Source: Candidatus Australimonas brisbanensis (lineage in GTDB: Bacteria; Chloroflexota; Dehalococcoidia; Lucifugimonadales; Australimonadaceae). Taken from it: a stretch of 64,000 bases of DNA. The first letter of the stretch is position 1; each line of letters begins with the position of its first letter. Location of the stretch: contig JAYQTA010000002.1 of assembly GCA_038147155.1 (NCBI GenBank), positions 259,595 through 323,594 on the forward strand. Reading direction: 5' to 3'. Below, piece after piece: positions 46,981 to 55,397 of this stretch. Under the pieces are notes generated by a model, which had not been told where the DNA came from, made no database searches, and was given only the letters and a program-made list of their open reading frames with translations. The position numbers were made by a program, and so were the translations under genes.

Positions 46981-47341
46981 CGCCCTGCCCGAAAGTCGCA
47001 GAGGACACCAGCCCGCCACGCCTGCCACCTGCGGGTGGTCGCAGGGAACGTGCGCCATCCGTCCTAGGCCGGACGCCGTAAGCAGTGCGGGTGAGACCTC
47101 GCGCCGAGAATCACCCGCACGGCTGAGGTGCCATCCCCCAACGGGGGGCACGATGGATGCGTCGAGCCCGTGGGGCGTTGAGCCTCACATATGGAGAACG
47201 CAGCCATGTCCACCGCGTTAGCACTGACCCGCCGCCTGCCCCTCTTCAGCCTGCTGCTGGGCGCCAGGCCCGCCCCCGTGCTGGCCCGGCCCATCGCCGT
47301 CCCCGTGCGGGATGAATTCGGCCTTAGCGGTTCGATGCGCG

Positions 47342-48124
47342 TCACCTGGTAGAGCGGAACAGCCCATCCAGCAGGCGGCCCCACGCACCCGGGCGCGGGG
47401 CCTGACCCAGCGCACGCAGCAGGCCCCAGGCGAGGGCCACGTCGCCGGAGACGACGGGCACGCCCGCCTCACGTTCGGCCTCCGCCGTCTGACCCAGCAG
47501 GCGCAGCCCGCCGCCCATCACCGCCACGGCGTCCACACCCGGCGTGCGCCGCGCCGCCGCCACCGCAGCACGCCGAGCAGCCCTGATGCCCTCTGGTGAG
47601 TCGGGGTGCCAGGCCAGGCGGTCCGACTCGGCCACCGAGCCCACCACACCCTGCGTGACCCAATCCTCCAGTGAGGCGACCTTCACCCCCTGGGCGCTGA
47701 AGGCGTCCGTTGCCATCTGCCTCCACGCGGGCGTGGTGTAGTACCCGGCGGCCACCGCTATGCGCCGGGCCCCCAGGGTCGTCAACGCCTCCAGCATGGC
47801 CGCGCCCATCATCACCACGGGCACCCCGGCCGCCCCGCTCAGGCGCTCCTGCACGGTCAGCGCATCCGCTCCGTGGGACAGGGAGTAGGGAAAGCCCAAT
47901 TGGCCCACGGCGTCGGCACCGGCCTGGGAGAAGGCGAGCGCGGCGCGCTCCAGCGCGGGAGCGGCTCCCCGGATGGCCTCCAGCGGCAGCGCGGCCATGG
48001 TGCGCTGCGGCAGGTCGATGGGGATGAACGACTGCGCCACCTGGGTGCCCTGGGGGGCAACGGCGAGGAACTCGGTGGGCATGGTGTCGAAGTAGGCTGG
48101 TGGGGAGAGGAAGGCGACGCGCAA
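47342..48124 (-). CDS. Asp/Glu racemase superfamily protein (maleate isomerase/arylmalonate decarboxylase-like)
   Basis: TTG 48124 lies 6 nt after GGAG: (M)RVAFLSPPAYFDT.... The family fold is recognisable. The positions of the usual Cys pair read GQLGFPYS and VMGGGLRLL. Confidence 0.7.
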   Translation of the reverse strand: MRVAFLSPPAYFDTMPTEFLAVAPQGTQVAQSFIPIDLPQRTMAALPLEAIRGAAPALERAALAFSQAGADAVGQLGFPYSLSHGADALTVQERLSGAAGVPVVMMGAAMLEALTTLGARRIAVAAGYYTTPAWRQMATDAFSAQGVKVASLEDWVTQGVVGSVAESDRLAWHPDSPEGIRAARRAAVAAARRTPGVDAVAVMGGGLRLLGQTAEAEREAGVPVVSGDVALAWGLLRALGQAPRPGAWGRLLDGLFRSTR

Positions 48125-48144
48125 GGTCTGCTCCAGGGAGGGGC

Positions 48145-48957
48145 TCAGTCGAGGGCGTAGACCCGGACGGGTTCGGCGAACCCCTTCACGGTGTGCAGGC
48201 CCATGTCCGAGAGCGTCGGCTCCCCCTCCCCCGCCGCCTCCCGCACCGACTCGGGGGCCAGCACCGGAGCCGGGGCGGCCAGCGCGCACAGGCGCGAGGC
48301 CAGCTGCACGCTGGCCCCAAACAACTCACAGTCCTCCTCGATGGGCTCCCCCGCCGCAAGGCCGATGCGCACCGTCATGGCCTGACCCTGTGCGGCGTGC
48401 GCCGCCTGGTCGGCGAAGGCGCGCTGGATGTCGACAGCGGCCCGCAGCGCGCCCTGCACGGAGGCGATGTAGGCCATGATGCCGTCGCCCGTGTGGTTCA
48501 CCTCGCGCCCGCCGTGGGCCGCCAGCGCCTCGCGCATCAGCGCGTTGTGGGTGCGCAACAAGCCCATGGCCGCCGCATCCCCCAACAGTGAGATGAGCGC
48601 GGTGAAGTCCGCCAGGTCCGGGAACATGATGGCCCGGAACCCCGGTTCCGGCTGGGCAGCCCCGGTCTGGCCGCCGTCGGGGCCGGAGACCACGCCCAGG
48701 AACGCGGCCACCGCCTGGGGTTCCACCTCTACCACCTCGGAGGGGATGTCGCCGTGGGCGTGCTCGTGCAGACCCACCAGGGCTTCCTTGGAGTCGGCCT
48801 CGGCCAGGCAGAAGGCGGTGTGCCGGTCCTCTTCGAACCAGCACGTCACCATCCTGACCCCGTACTCGTCCTGGAGGGCCATGTCCTTCTCGTGGGCCGT
48901 CTCCAGCGTGCGCCACGTGGAACCGTCCACGAAGTGCCGGTCCATGAAAAGGGGCAT
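48145..48957 (-). CDS. DUF4242 (SCO4226-like) domain fused to a class III adenylate/guanylate cyclase domain
   Basis: MPLFMDRHFVDG...VTCWFEEDRHTAFCLAEADSKEALVGLHEHAHG, then RAIMFPDLADFTAL, HTGDGIMAY, RIGLAAGEPIEEDCELFGASVQLASRL. GGAGAGAGAG SD. Confidence 0.75.
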   Translation of the reverse strand: MPLFMDRHFVDGSTWRTLETAHEKDMALQDEYGVRMVTCWFEEDRHTAFCLAEADSKEALVGLHEHAHGDIPSEVVEVEPQAVAAFLGVVSGPDGGQTGAAQPEPGFRAIMFPDLADFTALISLLGDAAAMGLLRTHNALMREALAAHGGREVNHTGDGIMAYIASVQGALRAAVDIQRAFADQAAHAAQGQAMTVRIGLAAGEPIEEDCELFGASVQLASRLCALAAPAPVLAPESVREAAGEGEPTLSDMGLHTVKGFAEPVRVYALD

Positions 48958-49010
48958 CGCTCTCTCTCCGTGCGCGTGCGGCGCCCGCCCAGGGTACACC
49001 AGGGAACGCA

Positions 49011-49038
49011 GCGGGCCCGTCCAGATGGACGGGCCCGC
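49011..49038 (-). terminator. 13-bp perfect GC hairpin downstream of the bicupin gene (poor U tract)
   Basis: GCGGGCCCGTCCA-ga-TGGACGGGCCCGC. Confidence 0.35.
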
Positions 49039-49074
49039 ACGGATAGCGACGTTGCGGGGCGTTGCCCTCGGAGG

Positions 49075-50235
49075 CTAGGTGTAGCGCTCCTCGGTCACAC
49101 CGGCCTTGCCGGTGCAGTAGGGGATGAACGCCTTCATGTTGCACTGGGCGCCGGTCTTCTTGAGCTCGGCTTCGAAGATCTCGTGGATCTCGCGGGCCTC
49201 GTCCTCGTACTCGACCTGGATGCCGCCGTCCTTGAGGGAGACGTCGGCCTGCTGGCGTTGGTTGGGGACGTGGAAGCCGCCCTTGCCGTCGCGCAGGGCC
49301 ATGTAGCGGGCGCGCTTGGTGCCCGTGTTGAAGTGCTGGTGGAAGGTGCCCTCGCCCGGGATGATGACGATGGAGCCGACCTGCCAGTCGCACTTGACCA
49401 TGTCGGAGCGGTCGGGCTTGGTCCACAGCAGGGAGAAGCCGGCGTCACCGGACAGCAGCACCAGGTGCGCGCCGGGGCCGTGGCGGTGGGCCTTCTTGTA
49501 GGTGCCCACGGGGAACTCCGAGATGTGGTTCCCCATGTCGTTGCCGCCCATCTGCAGCATGGCGTTGATGCCGCCAGCGCCGCGGTCCTTCCAGCCGTAG
49601 AGGGCCATGTCGGGCGCGTTGGGGATGAAGTTCGTCTCCCAGATGCGCTTGTTGTACAGGGTGCCCTTGCCGGAGAAGAAGCCCTCGTCACCGGTGTAGC
49701 GGGAGTGGAACATGAACGGGTTGTCGAAGATGAAGTCCCGGTCACGGAAGAAGCGCATCATCTGCGGGGCGTTGGTGGTGGCGATGTAGCGCACCTTCTC
49801 CGAGCCGGAGCCGTTGAAATGCTGGTAGTAGGCGTTCAGCGGCACCGTGAACAGCGCGCCCTCCTTCCACTCGAAGGTCTGCTTGTTCTTCTCGTCGTCC
49901 ATCCACACGGTGGTGGCCCCACGGCCCTCCACGATGTAGAAGTTGATCTCGTACATGTGCTTCTCGGGCTCGGACTTGCCGCCCGGCACGATGTCCACCA
50001 CGTGCATGTCGTTGGGGACGACGGGGCTGTTGGGGATGCACACCACCGCCCCGTAGCCGCCCTTGCGCTTCCAGGGCGCGACCTCGATCTCCTTCATCTG
50101 CGGGATGTAGTACGTCCGGTGGACGAGCACACCCTCATCGGCCAGCCAGTCCTCGTACGCGTCGGGGATGCGGAAGTCCTTCAGCCCCTCCTTGGGGGTG
50201 TCGGCCACCTTCATGTCCGTACCCTTCATCACCAT
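49075..50235 (-). CDS. Bicupin protein (paralog of 38726..39883)
   Basis: ATG 50235 lies 7 nt after GAGGAGGA. Long collinear identity with the other bicupin (…GGKSEPEKH.YE….GRGAT…FEWK.G…GTYKK.HRHGPGAH…). Confidence 0.8.
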   Translation of the reverse strand: MVMKGTDMKVADTPKEGLKDFRIPDAYEDWLADEGVLVHRTYYIPQMKEIEVAPWKRKGGYGAVVCIPNSPVVPNDMHVVDIVPGGKSEPEKHMYEINFYIVEGRGATTVWMDDEKNKQTFEWKEGALFTVPLNAYYQHFNGSGSEKVRYIATTNAPQMMRFFRDRDFIFDNPFMFHSRYTGDEGFFSGKGTLYNKRIWETNFIPNAPDMALYGWKDRGAGGINAMLQMGGNDMGNHISEFPVGTYKKAHRHGPGAHLVLLSGDAGFSLLWTKPDRSDMVKCDWQVGSIVIIPGEGTFHQHFNTGTKRARYMALRDGKGGFHVPNQRQQADVSLKDGGIQVEYEDEAREIHEIFEAELKKTGAQCNMKAFIPYCTGKAGVTEERYT

Positions 50236-50392
50236 AAGCGGGTCCTCCTCAGACCATTGCGATGGCGCGCAGGGTAGCGCATCACCCGTCCCCGCACAAT
50301 CGACGCCTGCGGCGTCTGCACGCGGGCGCGTGAGGCGGGTGCGCGGGACGAAGCGGCGTATAGTGGGCGCCAACACGCCCCCGGAGGCAGCC

Positions 50393-51493
50393 ATGGCCAC
50401 CCAGGCCCGCACCAAGCGCATCGATGCCGACACCCACTTCTTCGTGACGGTGGACTACGCCCTGCTCCGCGACGCGCTATCCGGCGTGCAACAGGCGCAG
50501 CTGCGGGAGATGATGGCCCACGATGCGCTGCGGGTGGTGGACCCGGACGGGCTGCGCGCGGCGCTCACCGGCGCCCCACTGCGAGACAAGAACGGTGACC
50601 CGGAGTGGGACATCCAAGCGCGTCTCGCGGAGATGGACCGGCTGGGCTTCGACACCCAGGTGCTCAACGTGCAGCGCGCCATGCCCACCCCGCTCAAGAC
50701 CCAGGGCGATGAGCCGCTGTGGCTCCGGCGGGCCCTGGCCCCCCTATACAACGACGCATCGGCCCGCATCCAGACCGAGCACCCCGGCCGGTTCATCGGC
50801 CAGATCACCGTGCCGTGGGACGACATCGAGGCCTCGGTGCGCGAACTGGAGCGCGCCGCCGGACTGGGACTGAAGGCCGTGGCCATCTGCGGAAGCTGGA
50901 TGGACCGCAACCTGGATGCCTATGAGCTCTACCCCTTCTGGGAGGCGGTTGAGGCGCTGGGGCTGGCGTGCATGGTGCACAACCACACCCAGGGGCACCG
51001 GGGGACGATGTACGACCACCAGACCGAGTACCCCATGGTGGGCACGGAGCGTTACCACCGCCTCCACATTGGCACCTATCTGGGCTTCGGCATCGACTAC
51101 ACCGTGGCCTGCGCCGCACTCACGCTGGGCGGGGTACTCGACCGCTTCCCCGGCCTGCGGTTCGCCTTCTTCGAGGCCGGGGCCACCTGGTGGGCCTACG
51201 CCATGGCGGGAGCGGACCGCTCCTTCTACATCGAGCGCGCGTGCTCGCGCACCAACACGCCGCCGTCCGAGCTCATGAGGCGCCACACCCTAACCACCGT
51301 GGAGAACGTGGAGCCCCTGGAGCAGCTGGTGGCGGCGTACGGTGCGGACAACTTCGTCATCGGCACCGACTTCCCGCACCCGGAGTTCCAGCGCCTGCCC
51401 AACGGCCACGCCGACATCACCCAGGCGGCCATCTCCCCGGAGGACCAGGCGAAGATACTGGGCGGGAACATCGCACGGTTCCTGGAGCTCTAG
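50393..51493 (+). CDS. Amidohydrolase_2 family protein (ACMSD-type decarboxylase/hydratase)
   Basis: ATG 50393 lies 5 nt after GGAGG. RIDADTHFF, MVHNH, GTDFPH. Confidence 0.85.
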   Translation: MATQARTKRIDADTHFFVTVDYALLRDALSGVQQAQLREMMAHDALRVVDPDGLRAALTGAPLRDKNGDPEWDIQARLAEMDRLGFDTQVLNVQRAMPTPLKTQGDEPLWLRRALAPLYNDASARIQTEHPGRFIGQITVPWDDIEASVRELERAAGLGLKAVAICGSWMDRNLDAYELYPFWEAVEALGLACMVHNHTQGHRGTMYDHQTEYPMVGTERYHRLHIGTYLGFGIDYTVACAALTLGGVLDRFPGLRFAFFEAGATWWAYAMAGADRSFYIERACSRTNTPPSELMRRHTLTTVENVEPLEQLVAAYGADNFVIGTDFPHPEFQRLPNGHADITQAAISPEDQAKILGGNIARFLEL

Positions 51494-51528
51494 CCAACCC
51501 GGTTTGCCCCTCGACTCCGGCGCCCGCT

Positions 51529-51897
51529 ATGGTGGGCGACGCACTCTTCGGTATCACGACACAGGAGGCGCGCCAATTGCTGCACGCCGTGTTCGCCACA
51601 CACCTGCCCGACACCTGCCCCGCCGGCCACGCCGCACCGCGCAAGACCGCGCTGGAGGGCCTCACCCGCCTGATGGAGGAGCTGCCCTCGCGCGGCATGA
51701 ACCTGGTGGGTGGCTGGGCCAACCAGTCCGCCCACGGCCTCTACCTCATCATCGAGGCACCCAACGCGCACGACGTGAACAGGGCGGTGATGGAGTTCGG
51801 CCTGGGCCGATGGAACACGCTGAACATCAACCCGGTCATCACCGTGGAGCAGTTGCGTGGGGCGCTGGAGCGGGCCATCATCGACGACCCGGTCTAG
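51529..51897 (+). CDS. Hypothetical small alpha/beta protein (DUF3303-like, tentative)
   Basis: 122-aa tail of ORF 50968..51897 with good GC3. No clear SD. Confidence 0.5.
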   Translation: MVGDALFGITTQEARQLLHAVFATHLPDTCPAGHAAPRKTALEGLTRLMEELPSRGMNLVGGWANQSAHGLYLIIEAPNAHDVNRAVMEFGLGRWNTLNINPVITVEQLRGALERAIIDDPV

Positions 51898-51995
51898 GCA
51901 CGGCGCGGCCCGCTCCGTTCCCTCGGGTTGAATGGGCCTGCCTGCTGCCGTAGCCTCTGCGGAACGCCCGCGCGCTCGCGGCACAGGAGGCCCTC

Positions 51996-53576
51996 ATGGC
52001 GGAACGCACCCAAGTAATCATCGTCGGCGGCGGCCCGGTGGGGGTGGGCCTCGGCATCGAGCTGGGCATGCGCGGGGTGAACTGCACGGTGGTGGAGCGG
52101 CGCACCGAGCTCCAGCACATCCCCAAGGGGCAGGGACTCTCCCAGCGCACGCTGGAGCACTTCCACTTCTGGGGCATCGAGCAGGAGCTGCGTGAGGCGC
52201 GCATGCTGCCCAAGGGCTACCCCATCGAGGGCGTCACAGCCTACAAGGACCTGATGTCCGAGTACTGGTACCAGCCCCCCGGGCGCGGGTCGATCCGCCC
52301 CTTCTACTACATGGCCAACGAACGGTTGCCGCAGTACGAGACGGAGAAGGTGCTGCGGGCCAAGGTCGCGACGCTTCCCAACGTCCGCGTGCTCATGGGG
52401 CGCACCGCCCGTGCGGTGGAGCAGGACGCCGATGGCGTGCGCGTCACGGTGGAGAGCGCAGAGTGGCCGTACGACGAGGAGGTGCTGGAGGGTGACTACG
52501 TGGTGGGATGCGACGGGGCCCACTCGCTAATCCGCGAGAAGACCGGCATCAAGCGCCGCGGGGCCGACTTCGACCAGAAGATGGCGCTGGTGGTGTTCCG
52601 CTCCCAGGCTTTCCACGAGGCGCTGGAGCGCTTCCCGCACTCCACCACCTACCGGGCCATGGATCCTGCCCTTCAGGGCTACTGGATGTTCTTCGGCCGG
52701 GTAGACGTGGGCCAGGAGTTCTTCTTCCACGCCCCCGTGCCCCTGGACGCCCAGGCTGACACCTACGACTTCCAGTCCCTGCTCAACCGGGCCGCTGGGT
52801 TCGAATTCGAAGCCGAGTTCCTCCACAGGGGCTTCTGGGACCTGAAGGTGGCCGTAGCCGATGAGTACCAGAAGGGGCGCGTCCTCATCGCGGGCGATGC
52901 CGCCCACTCCCACCCGCCCTACGGCGGGTTCGGGCTGAACAACGGGCTGGAGGACGTGGCGAACCTGGGCTGGAAGCTCACTGCCTTGCTGGAAGGCTGG
53001 GGCACCCAGGCGCTGCTGGACTCCTACGGGGAGGAGCGCCGTCCCATCTTCTGGGAGACGGGCCAGGACTTCATCGCCCACTGGATCGAGAAGGACCGCG
53101 ACTTCCTGAACACCTACAGTCCGGAGAAGGACGAGCCGGAGTTCGCGCGCCAGTGGAAGGCCCAAGGGGAGACGAGCCACCTGGCCGTGTACGAGCCCCA
53201 CTACGAGGGGTCGTCGGTGCTGTGGGGCCCCGAGGGTGGCGTGTGTTCAGCCCACGGCTCCCACACCCTCACGGCACGCGCCGGTCACCATCTGCCCCCG
53301 GCCACCCTCTCGGACGGGCGGGGCGTCCACGAGGCCTTCGGCCCCTGGTTCACCCTGCTGGCGCTGGACGCCACCGATGCGGAGGTGGCGGCGTTCGAGC
53401 AGGCAGCCCAAGCGGAGGGCGTGCCGCTGACGCTGGTGCGGGATGCGGTGAAGGGCGGGCGCGAGGCCTACGAGGCGCGTCTCATCCTGGTGCGGCCCGA
53501 CCAGTACGTGGCCTGGCTGGGCGATGCCGCGCCCGCCGACGCCGCGGCGGTGCTGCGCCGCACGGTGGGGCGCTAG
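51996..53576 (+). CDS. FAD-dependent aromatic-ring monooxygenase (PheA/TfdB family)
   Basis: VIIVGGGPVGVGLG, GCDGAHS, IAGDAAHSHPPYGGFGLNNGLED. Confidence 0.9.
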   Translation: MAERTQVIIVGGGPVGVGLGIELGMRGVNCTVVERRTELQHIPKGQGLSQRTLEHFHFWGIEQELREARMLPKGYPIEGVTAYKDLMSEYWYQPPGRGSIRPFYYMANERLPQYETEKVLRAKVATLPNVRVLMGRTARAVEQDADGVRVTVESAEWPYDEEVLEGDYVVGCDGAHSLIREKTGIKRRGADFDQKMALVVFRSQAFHEALERFPHSTTYRAMDPALQGYWMFFGRVDVGQEFFFHAPVPLDAQADTYDFQSLLNRAAGFEFEAEFLHRGFWDLKVAVADEYQKGRVLIAGDAAHSHPPYGGFGLNNGLEDVANLGWKLTALLEGWGTQALLDSYGEERRPIFWETGQDFIAHWIEKDRDFLNTYSPEKDEPEFARQWKAQGETSHLAVYEPHYEGSSVLWGPEGGVCSAHGSHTLTARAGHHLPPATLSDGRGVHEAFGPWFTLLALDATDAEVAAFEQAAQAEGVPLTLVRDAVKGGREAYEARLILVRPDQYVAWLGDAAPADAAAVLRRTVGR

Positions 53577-53580
53577 GCCG

Positions 53581-54285
53581 GTGCGCCTGGCGGGCCAACG
53601 CGCCGTGGTCACCGGCGGGAGCCGGGGCATCGGCCTGGAGATAGCGCGCCTGTTCCGGGAGGAGGGCGCGCAGGTACTGGCCGTCTCGCGGATGCAGAAG
53701 AGCCTGGACGCCGCCGCCGCTCAGGTGCCGGGGCTCCACACGCTGGCCGCAGACGTATCGGACCTGGCGGGCACCGAGGCCGTGTCGGCGTGGGTGGGTG
53801 AGCACTGGGGCGCGCTGGATATCCTCATCAACAACGCGGGCATCTGGGCCGGGCCCGGCGCAGACGTGCTCAGCGGTCGGGATGAGGATTTCACCCGTGT
53901 CCTCGCGGTCAACGTGGTGGGGCCCTACCGGTGCGTCCGTGCGCTGCTGCCCTGGCTCGAACGCACGAGGAGCCCCCGCATCATAAACGTGGGCTCACGT
54001 TCCGGCCTCTTCACACCGAACCTGACCAGCGCCTACGGGGTGTCCAAGGCGGCGCTGCATGCCCTCACCATCGCCACGGCCAACGAACTGCGCGGGCGGG
54101 TCGCGGTCAACGCCCTCTCGCCGGGGTGGGTGAAGACCGACATGGCGCCCGACGGCCCTGGCGACCCGCGCTGGAGCGCTGCGTGCGCGCTGCACCTGGC
54201 CACGCGGCCTGCCCACGTCACGGGACTGCTGTTCCACGACAAGCGCGTGCTGTCCTGGTCCTCTCGCACCGACCCCAACGCCTAG
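53581..54285 (+). CDS. SDR family oxidoreductase
   Basis: GTG 53581. TGGSRGIG, NNAG, YGVSK. Confidence 0.85.
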   Translation: MRLAGQRAVVTGGSRGIGLEIARLFREEGAQVLAVSRMQKSLDAAAAQVPGLHTLAADVSDLAGTEAVSAWVGEHWGALDILINNAGIWAGPGADVLSGRDEDFTRVLAVNVVGPYRCVRALLPWLERTRSPRIINVGSRSGLFTPNLTSAYGVSKAALHALTIATANELRGRVAVNALSPGWVKTDMAPDGPGDPRWSAACALHLATRPAHVTGLLFHDKRVLSWSSRTDPNA

Positions 54286-54376
54286 CCCCAAAGAAACCAG
54301 GGTACGCATTCGCCGGTAACGTACCCTTCCCGTGCACGGCTCCCATCCTTCACCGCACCGAGGGCACCCGCACAAC

Positions 54377-55321
54377 GTGGACTCATTCACCAACCCCGTC
54401 ATCCTCTTCTTCATCTTCGGCATCGTGGCCGGGCTGGTTAGGAGCAATCTGGACATCCCGCCCCAGATCGCCAAGTTCCTCAGCCTCTACCTGCTGATGG
54501 CCATCGGGCTCAAGGGTGGCTTCGCCCTGGCTGAATCCGGCCTGACCACCGGAGTCGTCCTGGTGATGGTGATCGCGGTGGGCATGGCCATCGCGGTGCC
54601 ACTGGTCTCCTACCGGTTCCTGCGCCTGTTCCTCGATGGCTTCAACGCCGCCGCCGTCGCCGCCACTTACGGCTCCATCAGCGCGGTGACCTTCGTCACC
54701 GCCAGCCAGTTCCTCTCCAGGGGCGGCATCGGGTTCGATGAATACCTGAGCGCCGCGATGGCCCTCATGGAGGCCCCGGCAATCATCATCGGCGTGCTCC
54801 TCGCGAGCCGCCTGCGACAGGGGAGTCATACCACCGTCGGCACCGTGTTCCGGGAGAGCTTCACCGAGGGGGCCAACCTGCTGCTGCTCGCCGCACTGGT
54901 CATCGGCATCATCGCCGGGCCCACCGGCGCAGAGCTCATGAAGCCCTTCACTGGCGACCTATTCACAGGGCTCCTGGCCTTCTTCCTGCTGGACATGGGC
55001 CTGCAGGTCGCCAGGAACGTCCCGCAGGTTAGGGGCAAGAGCCCCGCACTCCTGGGTTACGCCATCGGAGCACCGCTGCTGCACGCGGGCACGGTGCTGG
55101 GCATCTGTGCCCTGCTGGGGGTGGAACTGGGGAACACCGTGCTGCTGATGGTGCTCTCCGCGAGCGCCTCCTACATCGCCGTGCCCGCGGCGCTGCGCCA
55201 GAGCATCCCGGAGGCATCACCCAGCCTGTACCTCGGGCTGAGTCTCGGCGTCACCTTCCCCTTCAACGTCATAATCGGCATCCCGCTCTACCACGCGGTG
55301 GCGCGCCTGGTCCTCGGGTAG
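54377..55321 (+). CDS. SbtA-like (DUF897) sodium-dependent bicarbonate transporter family permease
   Basis: VDSFTNPVILFFIFGIVAGL..., about 10 TM. No sbtB-like gene follows. Confidence 0.75.
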   Translation: MDSFTNPVILFFIFGIVAGLVRSNLDIPPQIAKFLSLYLLMAIGLKGGFALAESGLTTGVVLVMVIAVGMAIAVPLVSYRFLRLFLDGFNAAAVAATYGSISAVTFVTASQFLSRGGIGFDEYLSAAMALMEAPAIIIGVLLASRLRQGSHTTVGTVFRESFTEGANLLLLAALVIGIIAGPTGAELMKPFTGDLFTGLLAFFLLDMGLQVARNVPQVRGKSPALLGYAIGAPLLHAGTVLGICALLGVELGNTVLLMVLSASASYIAVPAALRQSIPEASPSLYLGLSLGVTFPFNVIIGIPLYHAVARLVLG

Positions 55322-55397
55322 AACCGGCAACGCGCACCGCGCCGCCTTGATGCGCTAGGCTGGGCATCCCAGAACCCCACGCCCAGGAGGCGCGCCC

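Noticed and set aside
46622-47341. Known RNA families for the 720-bp gap: tmRNA, RNase P, SRP/4.5S, 6S, ZTP (GGGTCGTG and CGCCTGGG on the minus strand), TPP (CTGAG...ACCC), c-di-GMP-I (CACGCACGGGG).
   Set aside because: Only isolated short matches were found. The hallmark elements are absent: GGAAGCAGCC of SRP, GAGGAAAGUCCGG and ACAGAACCCGGCUUA of RNase P, ACCACCGGGGA of ZTP, ACCUGAUCUGGAUAAUGCC of TPP, a tmRNA tag ORF and a tRNA-like end. A covariance-model scan is needed.
47325-47345. T-loop-like GGTTCGAT motif suggesting a tRNA at the 3' end of the gap.
   Set aside because: The flanks do not form a T stem (AGCGG versus CGCGT). No acceptor, D or anticodon arms are present. The motif lies inside or overlapping coding sequence.
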